In this document: one piece after another, positions 48,518 through 61,790 of the stretch
Position numbering within the stretch: the first letter of the stretch is position 1
Layout of the letters: every line of letters starts with the position of its first letter
NCBI GenBank assembly: GCA_043228905.1
Contig: JBHGNT010000016.1
Location: 1,488,001 to 1,552,000 of the forward strand
Direction: 5' to 3'
From: Azolla caroliniana
Lineage: Eukaryota > Plantae > Polypodiophyta
DNA length: 64,000 nucleotides
Program-made: the position numbers and the translations under genes
Notes under the pieces: generated by a model
What the model was told of the DNA's origin: nothing
Databases searched by the model: none
The model's input: the letters and a program-made list of their open reading frames with translations, nothing else

Positions 48518-48657
48518 CCTTTTCTTATGTTAGTCACCCATTTTCTATAATTCTAGTTCCCTTCTTATTAATTCCAAGGTTATCACCTTTTCTTATGTTA
48601 GTCACCCATTTTCTATAATTCTAGTTCCCTTCTTATTAATTCCAATGTTATTCACCT
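48518..48657. repeat. 68-bp near-perfect tandem duplication
   Basis: CCTTTTCTTATGTTAGTCACCC... at 48518 and 48586. Confidence 0.92.
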
Positions 48658-49274
48658 TGAGCACTTTGCCATATCTTTTCTAGATGGACCATATACTTGG
48701 CTCTATGGAGGTTATTCACAATCTTTAATCTTGCCAACCAGATTTGGATCCATATCAGTTATTTAGGTTTTCCCTTGAAACTCCTCTTATCCACTTTATG
48801 TTTGTTTTATTTCACATGACATTTGTGGGGCACATTTATACCTTAAGTTTCTAATCACATCCTAAATATTCTTTGAATATTTGTTAGTGCATTGTGCACG
48901 TTTAGGCCAACAATTAATATATTGCTAAAAAAAGTATTTATGTGTTCATTATTGGAGCTTGAATGCTTGTGCATGTTACATTCTAGAGAGGACTCTCAAT
49001 ATCTTAAATATACTTATCACGTCTTGGGCTTGGAAAGGAACTTTACTCCTTGAGTTTTTGGCCCAAACACAACCCTAGATGCAAATGTTTGTTCCCTTCT
49101 TAAATGAACTTAAAACGTAGGGACTCGACAATGTCCATTAAAAATTTTATTATTTTCCATCAAGATTATTAAATTGTTTAATGGTTGTTTGACACCAATT
49201 TGATTATTTTTAAGATATTAAAATACTTGGGCCTCATACCTTGCCCTTGACAACTTATATGCCACAATGTTGTG

Positions 49275-49419
49275 CCCCTGTGTATCTACCCTTTTGTAAC
49301 TACTTAACCCCTTATGGGGAATGAATGAATAAGGAATAAGTTCTCTCTCATCTTTCTCTGTCTTGTCATCTATCTCTCTCCCTCCCTCCCTCCCTCCCTC
49401 CCTCTCAAGGGGGTGCAAC

Positions 49420-49462
<43 letters not shown>

Positions 49463-49846
49463 TAGAGAGGTGAGGAAGTTGGGTTTCAAACCCATAATGC
49501 AGTGCTTGTAGTGCTAACAACTTACCAGTAGGATAAGGTAATTACGATAATAATAAAAGATGACAAGAGAGAGAACTTACTCCATATTCATTCATTCCCC
49601 ATAAGGGGTTAAGTAGTTACAAAAGGGTAGATACACAGGGGTGCAAGGCTCAAGCCCCCTTGTCCATTCACACTAATCACTCACTCACACCTCTTCATGC
49701 ACACATGTGTGCATGTGTCACACATGTGTTCACATACGTGTTGACTCACACTCACAATTACACTTGTGCACATTTATACATACACATCAACAACATTATA
49801 ATATTCCACCTTCACCTTGACTCTCCATACATCTTGTACAGTAACA
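49275..49846. mobile_element. Two inverted fragments of the 11130-type LTR
   Basis: Shared AACCCCTTATGGGGAATGAATGAA core; minus-strand copy begins TGTTAC at 49846. Confidence 0.8.
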
Positions 49847-52464
49847 TTTTATAAGCCTTTTCTTCCACCATGTCTCAAATCTTGTGATTTTTCGTACAAT
49901 ATGGTCCATGTGTACGCTTGTACCCAAGGAAATGGAAATGCCAACCTATATAGAGGTCATGAGCCAATAATGCAACCATCTAGACATGTATTGGGTCCAT
50001 TGTTGATAAAATCAAAATGCCTATTTAATGCTTCAAGAGTAGATTATTGTAGTTCAATCATTTTGGGCAAAATATATTTGTGATGATGACTAAGAATGTA
50101 TCCGTCTATTGCACCTCGAAAGCTTAGCACATGTCCAATACAAGATAATCATAGCATCTTGAAAGCTTAGCACAAATAATCAGAGCATCTTGAAAAATGT
50201 TTAGCAACTAGAAATAATCATAGCAAATCATTGTCCATTCAATTATAGGCATGATAAGTATTGGTAGATTAAGTAGATTCTAGTTTGAGACACAATTGGC
50301 AATTTTATAGGAATTCCTCACTACTCTTTAGAAATTGGAGAGTACCTAGTAATTAAAAATTTTAATTAAACAAATAGTTGATGTGGTTTCTATGGCCTTG
50401 TCGGCAAAACATTCCATGTTGTGGGATATATCCAAGATTTTAGACAACCTAATTAGGAAGGGCTATTTGCCTGAGCCAATGATGGAGATGTTATTCCTCA
50501 AATCTCTAAGTTAGCAACTTGGATTTGCTGACATTTATCCTTAATCTTGCCTTTGATGCAACAAGTTTTTAAAATGAACCAACAATTTCCAAATTGAAAA
50601 AGAGAGCTAATCGGCAGGAATTTTACATAATACAAGAATCCATGCTCTGTTAATTATGCCAGACATCAACTAAGCATTTTAGAGATTGAGATATGAAAAT
50701 AGTTCAATGGTATATATTGCTTCGTTTTGGTGGCTTTTGTCATACAACATAGTGAACATGTAAAAGTAGCTTACTTGACTCTTAACATGAGATTGTTGCC
50801 ATTAGTCATCTAGAGAACTTAAATTATGAGACATTTCACATAGAACTTAGATCAATCATGATATTAAAAACACATCGAATTTTCCATTGATAACTCTGCA
50901 CCCGCATATTCAAACTCAATTGTTTAATGCTTCATTTATATATACCATACATGATTACATCTTTTGTCTTACTTACTCCATGGCACTTAATTTGTAAGGC
51001 CAAATTAATATGGTCTCAATCGTTCTATATGATGATATTCTACAACAAACCTTACTATATATTATGCCATTTTATTTAATTGAGCATCAGACCAAATCAT
51101 TACTATTTAATCTCTCCACACATTAAGATTTTCAATCACCTTTTGTATGCACAGATGAATATGGGTTTACCCTGTTCCATCAATGGCATCTAACCTATGC
51201 CAAATTCAGCTGTCTATGCTCTATGCCATAGGCTACTTGCATCAGGTTATATATATATTGAATATTCGTGTCATAATGGTTAAGTTCACGTGCTTGGTCA
51301 TACAACAAACAAGAACGATTTGTTTGTGTTTGCTTTAGATAATATGTCAAAGACAACAAAGCTATTTATTGTAAAAATAATGCCCATATTTTATCACTAA
51401 CCTACAAACATGTTTGTATTGCTCATTTATATCACCTCCATAAACCTGCAATGCACGCACACCTCATGCCATTGTCAATAGTATAGGTGATTGAGTTCTT
51501 AGTTGTATTCAACAAACATATGGACCAATGCAATCACAACACAATCAAACAATCACTCATCCTTATGTACAGTCTAAGATTTTGACTTCATTTGCAAAAA
51601 ACATACCTCAAATGCTGATTACTATTTTATGTGCGTGTGTTTTGAGTGCTAAGAAGAGAATTCCTTGTAACACTTGGAACCCACATACTATCTTTAAAAA
51701 AAGAATTGTTTTAAGGTCCGTGAGAATTAGTTCAGAAGTGAGTTTATTCACATACTCAACAAATTGAGGATAAGTGGTTTTAAGATAGTTTTCGAATGAG
51801 ATTCCCAACCTGAAGACACCATACTCCATGTATGGCCAAAAGAGCTATGTCTGAATATGTTAGTGAATTTTATTTAATACACAAATTTGTAACGTTTACA
51901 AAGGCAATCATGTACAACATTTCTGATAAGAAAACTTCTAACATGATAGGCTTACATTCACTAGCAATTCTTGATACTTACAAAGGTTTTTCACAGCTGA
52001 AATATTGCATTGTAGATTGTTCACCAGTTACTGGCATCAATTGGAATTGGACTTGTAACCCTCAGGTTTTGAGATTTTTCACAACTAGCCCCAATCTGAA
52101 GAATTCACCTAAAAATGCTCACACCTAAATATATTCCAATTACAAGATAAATAACTAATAAGATCCACGCCTTATGGGTGTATTGTAGAGAAAATATATG
52201 AATGAAATGTATGACACATGGGTCTCCATTTTCTTATTTCTTAATAGAGAAAGCAGGATGGGAACTTGGATGATTTTATGTTGTATAATCCGTACTGCCT
52301 TCTTCACAAGCTTTTTGGAAATCTTCTTTTCTTTTACCCTATGGGATATCCCTTCCCAACGAAGAAGACATGGGTGTATTACTTCATTGCACAAAGTGAA
52401 GGTATCAACGCTATATATAATATAATATATACACCATTCGCAAACATACTGACCATAAGCACCA

Positions 52465-55400
52465 CTATTTTCTCAGGGTAGAATACCGATCCTTTCTCGA
52501 CGACGATGATGGAATCCTAAAAGATTCCGAATAATCCGATATATCCAATCGTCCAAACCTCTTATTGTGCGTTGGACCATCGTGCCTACCAAATTCCATG
52601 ACATCAGTTTCCTTCTGCCTACCCTGACTAAGACCAAGACCCTGCTGATCTGTAGATGATTCTTTACGCAAATCCTTGGAAACCAGACCTTTGTTGTTGT
52701 TGGCACCAACTAAGCTAGAAAAGTTGGATAAATCCCCACTTTGAGAGATGGTATCAGATATAGACATGTTAGAGCGATGGGTAGGCCGCGAAGGAGCCAT
52801 TCGCACATCCTCACCACTCGCCTTTTTCTTTAAAGACGGGGGCCCTAAGGGGCCAGACCTTGAAGATAAGTGATGTGGAACTTGGCGTGAAGGTACAACA
52901 GGCTGAACTTCCCGTGAAGTTTGAAATGCTTGTGAAACATCCTCCTCTGGTAGTGGTGGTGGTGGTGGTGGAAAGTTTGTGCTCTTACTTTGAAAGCTTT
53001 TTGAATTAGCCTCGACTCGCCTCTTCTACAAGAATGGAAACACCAAATATTGTTATTTCCTTCACTTGCTTTCTTTTCGAAAAATCCATCAAAAATCCCC
53101 TAAATTTTCATGAAATTCCTAAAATATTATGTAACACCAAAATATCTCTAATTTTTCGAAATTCTTAAAAACTCTTCCCTCTTCATGCATTCTCTCGCTA
53201 TACTATCTCCATTGACACACAGGGGGGAGAGAGAGAGAGAGAGAGATTTGTGTTTTGGGATTTTGAAGAAAAATTGAAGGGTATTCTGGCAGTATTCCAT
53301 TTCGCTTTTAAATGGCATCGTCTTTGAATTATGTTCCGCTAAGATTTTGTAGCACTGTAAAAGGTAATTCTACAACAACAAAAATCTCATCCCCCTGTTA
53401 TCTTAATTATAGAAATAAAAGAGAAAGTGGATTAAAATAGGAAGTTCAGCATATACCAAGAAAACTGCGAATTTTGATTAGTTAATGCTAAACCTCTACA
53501 ATAATAAAAAAAGTTACTACTACATAGGGGTATGCTGGTAGGGGATATTTCGGTGTTTTACTTGTTCAGTAAATATTTATAGGCTAGGGTGGACGGCAAT
53601 ACCTGAATATTAGTTTGCAACTCTGCATTAGCATCGGATGCTGGGATAGCTTTACTCGGACGATCTCTCCCACCACTTGCTCGCTTCAGGGCTGCATCAT
53701 TTCGCATTTTCTCTCTTCGACTGTAGAAAGTAGAGATGCGTGAGAAAACAACACGATTAAAAAGATAGTAATGCAAAGCCGAAAACACGGTTTCTAAATG
53801 CAGCGTACATACCGCCGGTTCTCTTCATCACGTATTTTTGCATCCCATTCTTTACTGGGAGGGTACTGAGGCAAGCTTAAGGGATCGCATGGATATGGTG
53901 GAGTGGTAAAGAACTGAAGAAATATTGCCATTTATTAATATCAATTCCCACAGAAAATTAATTGTGTAATCTATACATATATCAAGGACAACAAAATATA
54001 ATATAATACCTCACTCTTCAAAGCTTGTGTCGCTGTTCCACGGTCTAATGGTTCGATGGCAAGAAGGGTATCCAAGAGAGCTAATGATGTAGGTGGAAAA
54101 TCTTTGAATGTTTCTTTGATGCACCGTTTATAAGGCTGTTGAGGCTTGAAAATAGTTGCATGTGGCAATTTAGATTTCTTCCAGTATTCTTCTGATGGTG
54201 AACCACACATCTTGAATATCTTATGCAGTTGCTCCACCTGAAACCAGATATTTCTCTTCAAAATCAATACCTTGTGCATCCCCTGAGAATTCTACCTGAA
54301 GATGTATAAACTTGGTCTATTTGTGAAATAAACAAATACTTCAACAACTTCTACAACAACATTCATCCTTTAAAGGAGAACATAAATAAGCACACAAAAC
54401 AATAGCCTGTTCTGAGTAAAGCTGTAATTATGGTCCAAACTACTAAAAAATGAGGAGGATCACATCCAGAATGTAAATACAGAGTGTTTTCTGAAGGAAA
54501 AATGGAAAAAGAAAACCACCTCTGTCCTAGCTGGCATAATTGGCTTCCCAGCAAATAGCTCTGCTAAGATGCAACCAACGCTCCATAGATCAACTCCTAC
54601 ACCATAGTCAGTTGCACCAAGCAAAAGCTCAGGAGGCCGATACCAGAGAGTCACAACACGACTTGTCATAGGTTGATTATGATCCGGATCAAAGACAGTT
54701 GCAAGACCAAAATCTGCAATCTTTAAGGTGCCAAAGTTATCTAGCAAAAGATTTGAGCCCTTTATATCCCGATGCAGTATGTTTCGATCATGGCAATGCT
54801 GTAATCCAGACAGTAACTGGCAAATATAGAATTTTACCTGTGCATGAAAATAGAGGTTACACACAACATGGCAGCACACCTTGAAAATCAGAAATTTTAC
54901 TAATATGCTTCTTTGTTTCAGATATTAAAAAAGGTATGGCTTCATATTTGCAAACTCCCTGGTAAAATTTGAGCTCTGAGCTCTATGTCAATTTTCCTCA
55001 TTAGATCAATCCCATTCTAATTTCTTAATTACTGTAAACCCATATATTAATTAGAAGCGTGATACTAAATTGGGTTTCTAATTTTTCTAATTGGTGGATA
55101 CACACGTTCTCATTAGAGATTAGATGCCTCAACTTTGACCAAGCATATTTTGAAAATTTCCAAAATCAAGCAAACTCTTCTAATATCTGAAATAGATAAG
55201 TATATCTCCATAATTTTCACTAAAGTATTCATGAAACCAAAATAATACTAAAGTTAATTAAAACACTATGCATAAATCTCTTATTGATCTACCAACAAAC
55301 CTGTGGTTCAGAGAATATAACACCTGGAGACGCAGCAAGTCCCGCAAGATCATGTTCCATATACTCAAAAACAAGGTAGAGACTGCACGACATTCTTGAG

Positions 55401-57225
55401 GTAACAAGTCCTTCCAGTTTAATAATATTCGGGTGATCAAGGCGTCTCAAAACAATAATCTCTCTTGCCATAAACTTCACACTTTCAGGTTCCATGGTAT
55501 CAAATCGAACTTTCTTGAGCGCAACAATGCTCCTCGACTCCAAATCCCGGGCCTTGTATACATTACTGTATGTGCCTTGTCCAATCTATAACAACAAAAC
55601 AAACCATGGTATCACAGATTTGTCAATGCCTACATGCAGAAATCCAGTTACAGAACACAGCCAACTTCATTTCTGTGGAAAATGGGCTGACAATTACATG
55701 GGACCCCATATGTATGCTGAACTGTTCAGAAAGCCACTACCCCACACTTAGGCAAAAGAATGACATCATGAACTCAAATTAGCCACAATATTGTCATACC
55801 AATAAATTGGACAGCTAAAATACCCTTATCTTCTCAAACAAGAGGGCGAGGCTATGGCAAAAGTACCACTTGTAACAGAGTTACTAATGATCTATCACTC
55901 CTTGGGCACCAACCAACATGTTACGATATAGATTGTCGTGAATCAACAAAGTTTTGTCATAACTGTCATTAATCAATTAGCATCTCATGTACAAAGTGCC
56001 ACCAAGAGACATAATGTAACATACCCATCAAAGGGGATTCATAACCCAGAGAAGTCACAACAAATAGTGCCATTTCTCTTTGGCACAGACATGGCTGATT
56101 CCAACCAGGATCAGGACTCACACATGAATATTTTCATGATATCAAAGTCATCATCACAAGGCATGGAGATGTCCTCATTCCACCAATCTTTCCAGACTGG
56201 GTTTCCCAATGATGGATATTCTCAGAGGGAAGCAATTTCAGTTCCAATGACGGGCACAAACCTGATTGGTGGGTATTCAAGGCTCATGATCAAATTTCAA
56301 TTCATTTATTTTTAGGAATCTAGCATAGAACAACATTCTTCATATTTTGTTAATCCATTGAAGTCTTAGCATAAGCACTGTAACCTTTGTGAGGTTTCAT
56401 AGGTTATTATGGTCTTTTATAGGCCTAATATATCTATCATTATCTCTAAGAAAGAATCCATACAGATGGAAGTTACAGGATTTGGGAGTTCCTAAGAATT
56501 CACAACCTGTAGCACTAGATTTCCTTGAGAAAATCGTATACATTGACGGTCTTCATTGCTACAACTTGCTGCAAGGACATAAGAATTTCTTTCCAGGACA
56601 ACCCTTCTCCCTTGGGAGTTCCAATCCTATAGATCATATTGTTCCAATTCTGTAGACAATTTTCCCTTCCCCGCTCGAAGGCCCAACTGAGCAAATGGAT
56701 AGTAGACACATCATGAACAGGTTCAAATCTGGGAATCTGTTGGAGAAATCGTTGTGGCTATTGGATCAAGGAAATGGCAGGTTCAATTCTCACATTCTGT
56801 TTGGGAAACCTTTGCAATTGGATTCCTATAGCATATCTATTCTTTCAAGAAGCTAAATGGGAACCAAAATAGCCACGTGCACATACTTAACAGCACAATT
56901 CACACAAAATCCACACAGGGATGCATTGATATGATGAAAAAGTTGTACCTTGTCAAGCTTCTCAAAAGAATCAGCCCGTCTTGGGATCCATCCTTTGATG
57001 GCCTCCCCTGCCACTGCTGAGAGCCAAGCTGGCCAACCTGCGGCGACTTGTTCTCCTTCATTATGTTTAGGAATATTCCTTATATTCTCTGATGCTGTCC
57101 TCTCTCTTTCTCCTTCTCTAGCTCTCCTTCTTGAGGATCCGGCACGAGCAAGATCACTATGTTGACCATTATATTTTGGCTTGATAAGTTGGTCTTGTGA
57201 TTGTCTCTGATTATTAGGATGAGTA

Positions 57226-57271
<46 letters not shown>

Positions 57272-57497
57272 GATGATGATGATGATGATGAGGATGATGA
57301 TGAGGATGATTATATTGAATTCTGATTTTTTCTTCGTTGCCTTTATCAGCAGTTATAAGCCCACTAAGAGGTTGAGAGATACTATCTTGAATAGAAGCAC
57401 AGAGGTACCTTGCTGAAGACTGGCGAGAAACTTTTGCATTAAGATTGGGCAAAGGATCATCGTCCACCACTGCTTTTTTACTACAAGCGCAGCCCAT
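52465..57497 (-). CDS. CDK-like (CKL, At1g54610/IBS1-type) Ser/Thr kinase, ~719 aa; exons 57497-56949, 55585-55301, 54837-54520, 54237-54010, 53913-53813, 53720-53603, 53025-52465
   Basis: GEQVAAGWPAWL, GQGTYS, VALKK, SVKFMAREI, HRDIKGSN, DFG, VVTLWYRPPE; all introns GT-AG and frame preserved; the 3' end is less certain. Confidence 0.93.
57228..57311 (-). repeat. Coding microsatellite: (CAA)15 plus (CAT)n giving a polyHis-polyGln tract
   Basis: TTG x15 at 57228-57272 followed by ATG repeats on the plus strand. Confidence 0.95.
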
Positions 57498-57664
57498 TGC
57501 ATCCAAATTGACCTCAAAGGAAATGAGCAGAACCACAGATTTCCATCGCTACAGGAGGAAGAATCTAATTACTGAATTCATCATCGCCCACCATCGATTT
57601 CAGATCTAGGATGCGAAAAAATAGAAGCTCAGGCCACGCTCAAAAACCGCAGGAAAAGAATGGT

Positions 57665-57856
57665 GGGGGGGGGGGGGGGGGGGGAGGAGGATGGGATCGA
57701 TCGCCCACATGGACAAATCGATTAGAAACTGGAGAGAGAGAGAGAGATGACAGGGTGTTCTCACAGCAGCAGAAGGGCTATGGCGATGGAGAAAGCTTCA
57801 GAAACTGTAGTGGAGGGAGATATGTCCGGTTTCACACTGGGATGGACACAAGGAGA

Positions 57857-57923
<67 letters not shown>

Positions 57924-58017
57924 GCCCAAGATAAAAGAAAGAGGGAATTTGGAGGTGGATTTATTGACCCACTAATACCATCATGTGGATGGAGTCTCGG
58001 TCAAGTCAAGTTTCCCA

Positions 58018-58055
<38 letters not shown>
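57665..58055. repeat. G20 run, (GA)n and (CT)n tracts in the kinase 5' UTR/promoter
   Basis: G run 57665-57684; GA 57858-57919; CT 58021-58054. Confidence 0.9.
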
Positions 58056-58057
<2 letters not shown>

Positions 58058-58611
58058 CTCCAATTCTTGCTCTCCCCTGCCTTCGTTTTACCTTTCCCAA
58101 ATCCAAGTTTCGATGCTAGGATTCGTATGTGTGGTTCGCATTGGGGTTAGGTCTCGGGTTAAGGTTAAGATTAGGGTTTGGGACGAGGTTGGGTCTTTGG
58201 ATTGTGATTGGGATGGGGTTGGGTTAGGGTTCATGCCAAAGTCATGGTCAAGGTCAATGTTTCTGTCAATGTGAGAATAAGAGTAAGGATCAAGGTTAGT
58301 TAGATTAGGGTTAAGGACATCGATATAACTATCGTTGAGGTTAAGGTTACATTTTGTTATTATGTATTATGGCTAACATTAAATTTAGAGCTATGGTAAT
58401 AATTGGCGTGCATATGGTAGGATGGTGTAGATGAATTACATGTCGTTATATACAATTGGGTTTGGGGTACATATAGTCATCAATCTTGTCCCATGCGCAT
58501 AAGATTTAGTTCTAAATCGTACTTACAATTGATACACGAGGGTTACATTGGCTACATACACGTAAACTCGTTCCATATAGATTAATATAGGGTATGACAT
58601 ATTATGTTACA

Positions 58612-58745
58612 AGTTGAGATTATCATTTATTATTTAGTCGTTTCATAGGACATGTCTAATGTCTTACAAGTTATACCTAGTTGAGATTATGATTTATTAA
58701 TTAGTCGTTTCATAGGACATGTATAACGTCTTACAAGTTATACCT
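58612..58745. repeat. 67-bp tandem duplication
   Basis: AGTTGAGATTAT...CAAGTTATACCT at 58612 and 58679. Confidence 0.9.
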
Positions 58746-61101
58746 TTGTGCTCTATGTACTATGTTCAATAACATGCTCTGTGTTCCTTTGTGAATGCAT
58801 TCATGGGATATATGCTTCTGCCAAGTACATATAGTGGAGTATGGACCTAACAACATGTTAGCATACTAGCATGTTTTACGAGGTTATGAAACCTATTTGT
58901 GTATGGTGCTTTGACTAAATGAGATTCTATTTTACTATCATATGTGAAGACATGTATTGTGGTTGGTTACAACCTCCATTCTTGTTCTTTAATGCATGTT
59001 TATATGCCTCGAGTTTATCATATTTCACACAAGATTTTCGTTTGCACACTATGATAAAAAATAACGACTTTAATTGATTCCACTCCTGATCATATTGTGT
59101 TGGTTATTGTGAATATATAATCGTGTTAGATCGTTTTCCTATGTCCTCCTAGTGTAAGATATGATTTTCCCATAAAATCCAAATAAAAACTGTGCGATTA
59201 TCCGTAACAAGGGCTCTTCTTATGACTTCTACACCTTTTTCTTACATATACATATTAGTCTGCATGTAGCTACCAAAGGATATTTAACACTTTCTAGTGT
59301 GTCCTTGACATTCAAGGTTGTTGCCTACATTCAAAGACCCCCATTGTTCTATGTTGTTGAATTTAATGCAATTGAAAGTAAAATTAATAAAAAATATTTA
59401 GTTGCCTTTTTAACAAAGAAATTGCACCCTTTTTCTAAAGACATATGTTGCCAACTTTCAAAAAATGGTATGCCAACTTTTAAATAAAATCATGTAATCA
59501 AAACTTTACACTATTTTCAACAATTGTAGATTCCTGAAAAGTTGGCGTTTCTACCAACACCACATCTAATATTAGGTCATGACTTTTCCTCTTCCTCACC
59601 CTAGTGGCATTTGATAAGTTTCTTGTTATAAAATATTTAGTGTATCTTGCCATGCCTAGTTACTACTACCTTAACTATATTCACAAAAGCCTAAGTGTCG
59701 ATGGCCATTCAGCAGATAACTTTATAAACTATTCTCTTTGTATTCATTGTGTTGTAGGATATTGATTAAACCACGTTTATTATCTTTGTGATATAATCGT
59801 GAACCATGCATTTTAGTAAAGCTATTCAGAAAGTATGAACACATCAACATAACAAGGCAACATTAAGAGAACAATTCAAGAGTCCCAACATATCATCACT
59901 CTGTGTCTTGTCATATCACCACTCATATAAGATATTTGATTTTGCCTACGTGTATCCTGTCTTCTTTTGTACCCTCACATTTCCTTGCCTTTAACGTAAC
60001 ATTTATTTAAGGGCATACGTAAAATATAAAATATTATCAATTATTAAAGTAGGATTAAATTTAGGTGTTTGTTTGAATCGAACCAATTCATTGTGGCAAA
60101 AGTATAATCAATATGTACAATATAATGATCGACTAAAGCTACTTGGGCTTTTATGTATTCGTGTTTTGGGTTCTAAGGATAGGTGTATGCTTGTGTGAGG
60201 AAGAGAGAAAAATCATTTAATTTCCAAAAGAGTTAGAAATACACTAAACGGAACGACGTTGAGCCCATATTAATAAGCCAAAACGTTCATTCTCTCATAT
60301 TTATGACTTTTGTTTGTAAAAGAAAGCAAGACTATCTTACTATCCATATGAGACAGGGATATGATCTATGGGACACAAGAATCGAACTTGAGAGTATCTA
60401 GTAATGTAATGAAATTTAATGAGATTTGAACGTCGTTTACAAAAACCATGCCTAACGCTCAAGAAAAATACCGATGTAAAAAAGAAAAAGCATCTAATAT
60501 TCTGGGAAGTAGTTGGTACCATTACTCCATGTCTTTCTTCTATTTCCTTTTATTGCTTCATGGATAACTGTACTCCCAATTGGACACGTGGTCTCCATTT
60601 GTGAGTTTTCACATTATATGTTTTAAAATTCATTTCCATGTATTGAACAAATTCAATATAGTTGGCATGTCTTGTTATCATACTATGGAAGGACGATGTT
60701 AAGAATATGGTTCATGTGTTTTGTAGGTGTAGAAATGGAGACCTTAACCTTGATTATGGGACGTGGAATGAATTAGATACATTGGACAGATATGTTCAAA
60801 TTGTTCATGGCATCCCATCGAATGCAAGAGCATAAATAGAACCAATACTACATTTCACTTTTGCAATCAATTAAAGTGATCATACAAAACTAATCATATG
60901 ATTTTGAATATCCTCACAAAAACAATTACAATTTTGTGATCCTTCCACGATCTTAATATGAAGAAAAGAATATAGACATTCATTATCCCCATTATTTATA
61001 TAGATTCGTGGTAATGAAGTTAACTATATTTGAGTGATAAATAAATACCAAATAACCTATATATTTATCAATGTGAGATTAGAGTTTATGACACACTAAT
61101 T

Positions 61102-61790
61102 TGACAGGAACTCCATGCTCCCTATGCGCAACGCTCAGCCACAACCGAGCTTAGAATCATACACACAAAAAAACGGGAATGAATGCACGACACAGTGAAG
61201 AGAAGAGTACACAAGATGTTTACGTGGAAAACCCAAACTAGGGAAAAAAAACCACGGCAGCCCACAGGCTGCAAACTATCACAATGTTACAGTGTACAAC
61301 AGTAAAGCACTGAGGCAACAACCTCGAGCTTTCGATCTTCGCCACAGGCGGCGGTTACAACAGAGGCAACGACCTCTTCCTCTCTCTCACTCTGTACACA
61401 GTTACGCGTTCTGATCTTGCGCAAACAAGAATTAACAACACTCAAAAAAGGTTTGCCCTAAGTCATATTTATACTAATATGACTTTTCGGCTATTTACAA
61501 ATATAACCACGATGGACTCTCAGAAACATATTTACAAATATGTCTCTTCATCCGGTGAGCACTCCTCACCGGGCCTACCTCATCCGGCGCTTGCCGGGTA
61601 CTCCTCATCCGGTTCTCACCGGGTCTGCACCATCTGGCTCTCCGTAGCCAGGTACTCCTCATCCAGTTCTCACCGGCTCTTCACCATCCAGCTCATGCCG
61701 GGTACTCCACATCCGGTTTCGGCCTTGGCCGAGTTTGCTCATCAATACTGTTCTTCTCACTTCCCATCCGGAGGGACTTGTTTCCTAACA
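61102..61790 (-). mobile_element. Copia solo LTR
   Basis: Reverse complement of the 37468-type LTR; TSD TAATT/TAATC. Confidence 0.92.

Noticed and set aside
56853-57536. ORF-track start at 57536 and extension to 56853 for the kinase
   Set aside because: Non-ATG start; family-typical MGC start is at 57497 and the GT donor after FEKLDK is at 56948.
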